From assembly GCA_046758965.1 (NCBI GenBank), contig JBHIBG010000078.1, positions 1 to 12,927 of the forward strand: 12,927 nt of DNA. The letters are read 5' to 3'. This document shows, one piece after another, positions 8,387-12,927 of the stretch; the first letter of the stretch is position 1; each line of letters opens with the position of its first letter. The notes under the pieces are model-generated. The model made no database searches. It worked only from the letters and a program-made list of their open reading frames with translations, and had not been told where the DNA came from. The stretch comes from Candidatus Methylomirabilia bacterium (GTDB lineage: Bacteria > Methylomirabilota > Methylomirabilia > Rokubacteriales > CSP1-6). The position numbers and the translations under genes are program-made.

Positions 8387-9444
8387 GCCGGTCTCGGCTT
8401 GTCGTTGGGGCGCCGGATGCCGAGCCCCACGGCCACCGCCAGCTCGGGTCCCAGGTTGGCGAGCTCATCCCCCGAGAAGCGGTTCGGATCGAAGAAGATG
8501 TTCTGGAATGGCCGGGCGATCTCCACGGGGATCCCCCAGCTCGAGGAGAGAAACTCGTCGATTCCAGGCAGTTTGGCGCACCCCCCCGACAGCACCAGGC
8601 GGCTGATGCGCTCGGACTCCGTGGTCGAGGCGAGGTAGTCGAAGGTTCGCTGGATCTCCAGGGAGAGCTCGCGAGAGACCGCCGTCAGGGCGGGGATCAG
8701 GTCGTCCCAGTTCACTCCCACGTCCTGGCCCTGTTTGGCGGCCTCGGCCGCCTCCATCGAAATACCCAGCCGCTGGGCGACGGCCTGGGTGTAATTGAGT
8801 CCCCCGAAGGAGACGTCGCGGGCGAAGAGGGACGAGCCGCCCCGGACGACGTTTGTCTTCATGACGGAGGCCCCGATGTCGATCAGGACGACGGCCTCCT
8901 CGTTAGGCTCGTCGGTGTTGAGTTCGAACTGGTTCTCCAGTGCGAACGAGTCCAGGTCCACCACCACAGGGGTGAGGCCGGCCTCGTCCACCAGGAGCAC
9001 ATACTCGTTAACCTTGGACTTTTTCACGGCGACCAGCATCACGTCCATGTTAGCGCCCCGCTCGCCGACGATCTGGTAGTCCAGGTAGACGTCGTCGATC
9101 GCGAAGGGGATGTGGTGCTCGGCCTCCAGAGAGATCGCGTCGCCAAGCTCCTTGGCCGGAACCCAGGGAAGCTGGACCTTCTTCACAATGAGCTCGCGTC
9201 CCGAGATGGAGATCACCGCGTTTCTGCTCGTCACACCGGCCTTGTCGACCGCCTCCTTGATGGCCTCCACGACCAGTGGAGGGTCTTTGATCGCTCCCTC
9301 GCTCGTCGCTTCGGGTGGCAGCGGAGCCACCGCGAAGGCCTCGAGCTCGTACCCCTGCCTGGATGGGGCAAGCTGCACGACCTTGACCGCGGTCGATCCG
9401 ATGTCGAGGCCGAAAGTCCCCTTCTCCTTACCGAACAGCCCCAT
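8383..9444 (-). CDS. pilM: Type IVa pilus actin-like protein PilM
   Basis: GLDIGSTAVKVVQL, EAEHHIPFAIDDVYLDYQ, VVDLDSFALEN, LIDIGAS, EIQRTFDY, LSGGCAKLPG and AVAVGLGIR. Confidence 0.96.
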   Translation of the reverse strand: MGLFGKEKGTFGLDIGSTAVKVVQLAPSRQGYELEAFAVAPLPPEATSEGAIKDPPLVVEAIKEAVDKAGVTSRNAVISISGRELIVKKVQLPWVPAKELGDAISLEAEHHIPFAIDDVYLDYQIVGERGANMDVMLVAVKKSKVNEYVLLVDEAGLTPVVVDLDSFALENQFELNTDEPNEEAVVLIDIGASVMKTNVVRGGSSLFARDVSFGGLNYTQAVAQRLGISMEAAEAAKQGQDVGVNWDDLIPALTAVSRELSLEIQRTFDYLASTTESERISRLVLSGGCAKLPGIDEFLSSSWGIPVEIARPFQNIFFDPNRFSGDELANLGPELAVAVGLGIRRPNDKPRPA

Positions 9445-9514
9445 TCACCTGGCTCCATTTCACCCCCTTCGGCGGAGGGCGCAGGTTAACTATCGAAAAA
9501 ATCGGCTTAAAAAC

Positions 9515-9544
9515 ATTATAGAGAGCTGTAAAAGGGCGAGTCAA
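9515..9544 (-). promoter_or_regulatory. Sigma70-type promoter for pilM and downstream genes
   Basis: Minus strand reads TTGACT (9544-9539), 18 nt, TATAAT (9520-9515). It lies in an AT-rich patch about 70 bp upstream of the pilM ATG. Confidence 0.8.
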
Positions 9545-9662
9545 ATTTTCAGGGACGAAAAGAGAAGGTCCCGGCGCATCCGGAAAGTCCAGGGGGCGCG
9601 CGCACTCGCGAGGCGCTGGGGTCTTTTGAGCGGGGGTCAGGCCGGTCACCGGTGTAGGGCTG

Positions 9663-9740
9663 TTACAGGGAAATGGTGGTCGAGCAGGCGACGCGGAGCT
9701 TTTGTTGGCCATGAACGAGGGCAGGGCGAGACCAGTTCAT
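9663..9740 (-). pseudogene. 25-aa ORF MNWSRPALVHGQQKLRVACSTTISL; possible 5' remnant of a pilX-like gene, or a small peptide
   Basis: The pilW-like stop is followed directly by an RBS and ATG (TAGGAGGACGAATG). The frame ends at TAA 9665-9663. Identity is inferred from position only. Confidence 0.35.
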
Positions 9741-9748
9741 TCGTCCTC

Positions 9749-10549
9749 CTAGAGAAGGTTTCGAGGTCTCACGCTGGCCCGGAAGGTCCGGCTCACCGTT
9801 TGGTCTCCAGATTGGGCCGTCGAGGTGAGGGTGACACGGAGCTCTCTCACCCGGTCCCGGTTCACCTGAGTCGTCAGGTCGGTAATCTCGACCGGCGGGG
9901 TGACCCCGGTCCAGTAGGTGATCTGGAAAGCCGTGACTCCGCTGGCGAGGGGTTGAGCGCCGCCCCCGCCGACTTGGCGTCTCAGAGTCCCGGTGCCGTC
10001 GAGGGTGTAGGTGACGGTCTCGACCGAGCGGGCGACGCTGCCGGCAGGATACGAGGCGTCGAGGCTTGCCCCCAGGGTCAGGGTGGTCCCCGCGATGCCG
10101 GTGATCACCTGGTTCTCCGAGATGGCGCCGTCCGCCACATAGAGCAGCTCCCCCGCGGAGAACCCTGCGGCAGAGCTGACCTGAGCTTCCGTATCCCCCG
10201 CGTTGGCCGGCGCGGTGAGGGTGGCGTCGGCGCCTGCGGCATCCAGGGTGTCATTGTTGATCTCTGCCAGGAAAGTGATGGTGGTGGCCGTCGCCGCCGT
10301 GATGGCGCCTGGGGACACTGACCGGCTGTTGTTGATCAGCCTGAACTCGGAAGCGATCCGGTCGACCACCGCGCGGCCGGAGAGCTGGGCGGTTTCCCCT
10401 GCCGTGGTAAACAGATAGGATCGGAGCGAGACCTGATAGACGCCGAGCACCGCGGCGAGGACGAGGCCCAGCACGGCGGTGACGAGGAGCATCTCCGTCA
10501 GAGTAAAGCCGGCCTCCGGGGCTCGTCCGGTTGCTCTCGTGGCGGTCAT
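9749..10549 (-). CDS. Type IV minor pilin, PilW-like
   Basis: Class III signal AG|FTLTEMLLVTAVLGLVLAAVLGVY with Glu5. The C-terminal pattern TYTLDG..TLRRQ...QPLASGVTAFQITY...VRELRVTL...ASVRPRN is typical of PilW-like pilins. Third gene in fimT-pilV-pilW order. Confidence 0.85.
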   Translation of the reverse strand: MTATRATGRAPEAGFTLTEMLLVTAVLGLVLAAVLGVYQVSLRSYLFTTAGETAQLSGRAVVDRIASEFRLINNSRSVSPGAITAATATTITFLAEINNDTLDAAGADATLTAPANAGDTEAQVSSAAGFSAGELLYVADGAISENQVITGIAGTTLTLGASLDASYPAGSVARSVETVTYTLDGTGTLRRQVGGGGAQPLASGVTAFQITYWTGVTPPVEITDLTTQVNRDRVRELRVTLTSTAQSGDQTVSRTFRASVRPRNLL

Positions 10550-11010
10550 GGCCGTTGCGCGATCATCGTGATGAGCCGGACCTGTTCTTCCTGGCCGATT
10601 CCCGTCTCCTGAAGCGGTCGGAAAAAGACGTCAACGGTCAGCGTCTTCATCCCTGCAGCGGGCACGCCATCCTGGATCGTGACCGTCCGGCGGTGGTTGG
10701 GATACCCGGCAATATCCCCATAGGCCTCATCGGGGAAGTTGGCTGAAGTGATGTCATCCTGCGCCGCGGTGTACCGGGCGTTCTTGATCTGCTCCAGCCG
10801 CGCCTGAGCCAGCATCGTGGCCGAGGACAGCGCGTTGGAGCGGGTGATCGCAGCTTGACCGAAGCTCACTCCGCGAGCGGCACCACCGCTCTGGACCCCT
10901 ACGAGCCCCACGATCCCGACTACCCCGACGGTGAGCAGCCCGATGGCAATGAGGACCTCGACGAGGGTGAACCCCCGCTCGTTTCCGGACGGATGCAGAA
11001 GCGCCGTCAC
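10546..11010 (-). CDS. Type IV minor pilin, PilV-like
   Basis: Class III signal NERG|FTLVEVLIAIGLLTVGVVGIV, plus ATMLAQARLEQIK and RTVTI...MKTLTVDV patterns. Four-nt overlaps with both neighbours. Confidence 0.85.
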   Translation of the reverse strand: MTALLHPSGNERGFTLVEVLIAIGLLTVGVVGIVGLVGVQSGGAARGVSFGQAAITRSNALSSATMLAQARLEQIKNARYTAAQDDITSANFPDEAYGDIAGYPNHRRTVTIQDGVPAAGMKTLTVDVFFRPLQETGIGQEEQVRLITMIAQRP

Positions 11011-11498
11011 TGGATCTCGATCCGGCCTACAGCGTTGACGACGACGTCCAGGGAGGAGGTCGCGTGGTAGTTCGCGACGGTGATTGTCGCGCCGGTGGCG
11101 GCGCCGAGAGGCGTAAACGTGGGGTTGGCATTCGCGTTGAGCGTGGCGAGGTTGTCAAGTCTCATCCACCCCTGCGCGTCCGTCCCCGGTCCCGTCCACG
11201 GCGCGCCCGCGAGGCAGGCGGTCGCCCCTGGCATCTGGTGATAGCGAAGCCGGTTGTTGGCGTTGTCGAACTCCACGCAGTGCTGGACGTTCCGAGTGAT
11301 GGCGAGCTGGCGAGCCTGCTGCAACAGCGCGACCAGGTGTGCTGCCGCCCCCCTGGTCTCCTCGGCCTGGAGATAGGTCAGCAAAGGGGGAATCGAGACG
11401 AGCATGACAATCGCGATCATGGAGATCACGGTGATCAGCTCGGTGAGACTGTAGCCGTCGTGTCGAGCCAGCCGCTGGAGACGCTCGCGAGCAATCAA
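11007..11498 (-). CDS. Type IV minor pilin, FimT/FimU (GspH-like) family, 163 aa
   Basis: Class III signal HDG|YSLTELITVISMIAIVMLVSIP, LQQARQLAITRN, TFTPLG and C-terminal VNAVGRI. Start reassigned from 11540 to the in-frame TTG at 11498, because AAGGAGG (11513-11507) lies 8 nt upstream. Confidence 0.87.
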   Translation of the reverse strand: MIARERLQRLARHDGYSLTELITVISMIAIVMLVSIPPLLTYLQAEETRGAAAHLVALLQQARQLAITRNVQHCVEFDNANNRLRYHQMPGATACLAGAPWTGPGTDAQGWMRLDNLATLNANANPTFTPLGAATGATITVANYHATSSLDVVVNAVGRIEIQ

Positions 11499-11552
11499 AG
11501 AGATGGCCTCCTTATCAGATCTGGGACACTGGCCGTGCAACGATAGATGGGA

Positions 11553-11569
11553 TGCAAATGAGGGGCCAA
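11553..11569 (-). promoter_or_regulatory. Sigma54 (RpoN) -24/-12 promoter for the minor pilin genes
   Basis: Minus strand reads TTGGCCCCTCATTTGCA: GG, 10 nt, GC, with TTGCA at -12. Predicted start near 11542, about 45 nt before the fimT-like start codon. Confidence 0.75.
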
Positions 11570-11618
11570 CAAGTTTAATATTCGGGCACTTAGAAGTGAA
11601 TAAACTGAAACCTAACTA

Positions 11619-11631
11619 AGTCAACGGGTTA
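11619..11631 (+). promoter_or_regulatory. Candidate IHF site
   Basis: AGTCAACGGGTTA has one mismatch to WATCAANNNNTTR. It is preceded by an AT-rich tract and lies between the sigma54 promoter and the candidate activator sites. Confidence 0.4.
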
Positions 11632-11753
11632 CTGGTTGAAAGAAGCGGTGAGTGTGCCCTTTTCTCGCCCTTGCCCGATCCTGCCCTCCACTTGTCCAAA
11701 GGGGTAGCACTAAAATAGCTGCAGTAGCTAGTGGCAAGAATAGTCGTTCTCCA

Positions 11754-11796
11754 TGACAGTCTGTCAGTCATCCTGGGTAATCCTGGGTAATCTGTC
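11754..11796. promoter_or_regulatory. Inverted repeat TGACAG-t-CTGTCA plus tandem 10-mer (ATCCTGGGTA)x2; candidate regulator sites
   Basis: Palindrome at 11754-11766, direct repeat at 11770-11792, and another CTGTC at 11792-11796, all in the divergent fimT/hrcA spacer. Confidence 0.45.
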
Positions 11797-11858
11797 GACC
11801 GGTAAGCAGTGGAGCCTGACAAAGCGCGAGAGAGCGGTTGCCCACCCCTACACGCTCC

Positions 11859-11886
11859 TTGACAGCATACACCTTATAAGTTAACT
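11859..11886 (+). promoter_or_regulatory. Probable sigma70-type promoter of hrcA
   Basis: Perfect TTGACA (11859-11864) and TTAACT 16 nt later (11881-11886), 25 nt before the hrcA ATG. The -10 assignment is uncertain. Confidence 0.55.
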
Positions 11887-11911
11887 ATTTTGGGACGGGA
11901 AGAGGACGAGG

Positions 11912-12927
11912 ATGGCTGAGACCGCGCTCGATGATCGCCGTCGACAGGTGCTCGGTGCCGTCATCCAGGAGTACGTTGAGACGGCAGAGCCCGTAGGCTC
12001 CCGGGCAGTGGCCAGGCATTCCAGCCTCCGGCTCTCTCCAGCCACGATCCGGAATACCATGGCTGACCTGGAGGAGCTGGGCTACCTGGACCAGCCCCAC
12101 ACCTCGGCGGGGCGGGTGCCCACGGACAAGGCCTACCGTTTTTACGTAGACTCGCTGACTGACCGCCCTGGCCTTCCCGAGACCGGCGTCACTCCCCCGG
12201 CGGGGCAGTTGGCTCCCTCCCAGACCGGGGTCGAACAGGTGATGGAGCAGGCATCGGTCCATCTTTCTGCAGCCTCTCGCATGACCGCCGTGCTGTTGGC
12301 CCCTCCGCTCAAGCAGACGCGTCTCGTCCGTCTGGACCTGATCCCCCTTCGCAGTGATCGCGCCCTGGCCGTGGTCATTACCGAAGGGGGCTGGGTGACA
12401 ACCCGGACGCTGACCCTGGAGCCCCAAGTGGTCCTCGAGGATCTTCGGGAGGTGGGCCAGCGGCTCAGCCGCCGCTTCCAGGGGAAGACCGTTCAGGAGA
12501 TTGTTGACGAGGTGGCCGCGCCCGCGGATCCGCTCGACCCGCTCCACACGCGGACGGGGTCGCTGGTGGAGCAGGTTTTCGCGCTCCTGCGAGACCGCAC
12601 CCTCTATATCGGGGGGGCGATCAACGTGCTGGAGTACCCGGAGTTCTGGCACCTCGCCACAATGCGGGCCATTCTCAGGACGTTCGAGGAGAAGGAGCGC
12701 CTGATCGAACTCCTCTCACAGCTGGCCACCGAGACAGGGATCCAGGTGATGATCGGACGGGAAAACCCCTTCGAAGAGATCCAGGAATGCAGCCTGGTCA
12801 CCTCGGCCTACACCTACGAGAACCAGGTGTTGGGGATTCTCGGCGTGCTGGGTCCCAAGCGGATGCCCTACGAGCGGCTCATCCCTCTGGTGGATGAGAT
12901 GGCCAGGCTGGTGAGCCACTCTCTCTC
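11912..12927 (+). CDS. hrcA: Heat-inducible transcription repressor HrcA (stop lies beyond the window)
   Basis: Manual translation: MAETALDDRRRQVLGAVIQEYVETAEPVGSRAVARHSSLRLSPATIRNTMADLEELGYLDQPHTSAGRVPTDKAYRFYVD, and in the same frame IGRENPFEEIQECSLVT...LGILGVLGPKRMPYERLI. GAGG-rich RBS upstream. Not in the ORF track. Confidence 0.96.
   Translation, partial: MAETALDDRRRQVLGAVIQEYVETAEPVGSRAVARHSSLRLSPATIRNTMADLEELGYLDQPHTSAGRVPTDKAYRFYVDSLTDRPGLPETGVTPPAGQLAPSQTGVEQVMEQASVHLSAASRMTAVLLAPPLKQTRLVRLDLIPLRSDRALAVVITEGGWVTTRTLTLEPQVVLEDLREVGQRLSRRFQGKTVQEIVDEVAAPADPLDPLHTRTGSLVEQVFALLRDRTLYIGGAINVLEYPEFWHLATMRAILRTFEEKERLIELLSQLATETGIQVMIGRENPFEEIQECSLVTSAYTYENQVLGILGVLGPKRMPYERLIPLVDEMARLVSHSL

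Noticed and set aside
9110..10321. 403-aa plus-strand ORF and 94-aa minus-strand ORF (9428-9712) across the pilW-pilM spacer
   Set aside because: They run through the pilM promoter and overlap real genes, with low-complexity translations and no motifs.
11499..11540. Longer fimT-like start at TTG 11540
   Set aside because: No RBS, and it nearly coincides with the predicted sigma54 start site; TTG 11498 has a strong AAGGAGG.
11616..11822. 68-aa minus-strand ORF in the divergent spacer
   Set aside because: AT-rich with atypical codon use, no RBS, and it overlaps candidate regulatory motifs.
11885..12919. Minus-strand ORFs (255, 78, 65 and 67 aa) at the right end
   Set aside because: Antisense to the clearly recognisable hrcA on the plus strand.
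1..12927. CRISPR array, tRNA/rRNA, transposase/integrase or invertible pilin cassette
   Set aside because: No regularly spaced repeats, RNA gene signatures, recombinase ORFs or flanking inverted repeats were seen by eye.

Overview
A GC-rich bacterial chromosomal window with an almost continuous minus-strand gene run: three type IVa minor pilins (FimT/FimU-like, PilV-like, PilW-like), pilMNOPQ, aroC, aroB, a TPR protein, efp and the 5' part of thiE. A divergent hrcA on the plus strand runs off the right edge; the ORF track missed both hrcA and thiE. Non-coding signals include a well-spaced sigma54 (-24/-12) promoter for the minor pilins with candidate IHF and activator sites, and a separate near-consensus sigma70 promoter for pilM. 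Notable details: (1) a 405-bp-period internal duplication encoding the two PilQ AMIN domains, with 54 bp of perfect identity; (2) a 25-codon ORF with an RBS where pilX would be expected; (3) no aroK, aroQ or roadblock gene at their usual positions; (4) efp in the same tight gene run as polyproline-rich PilP and PilQ. This is mostly a known locus type with lineage-specific variations. I see no firm evidence of a wholly new system, mobile element, CRISPR array or RNA gene. The gene order resembles Deltaproteobacteria/Methylomirabilota-type genomes, but that is an impression only.
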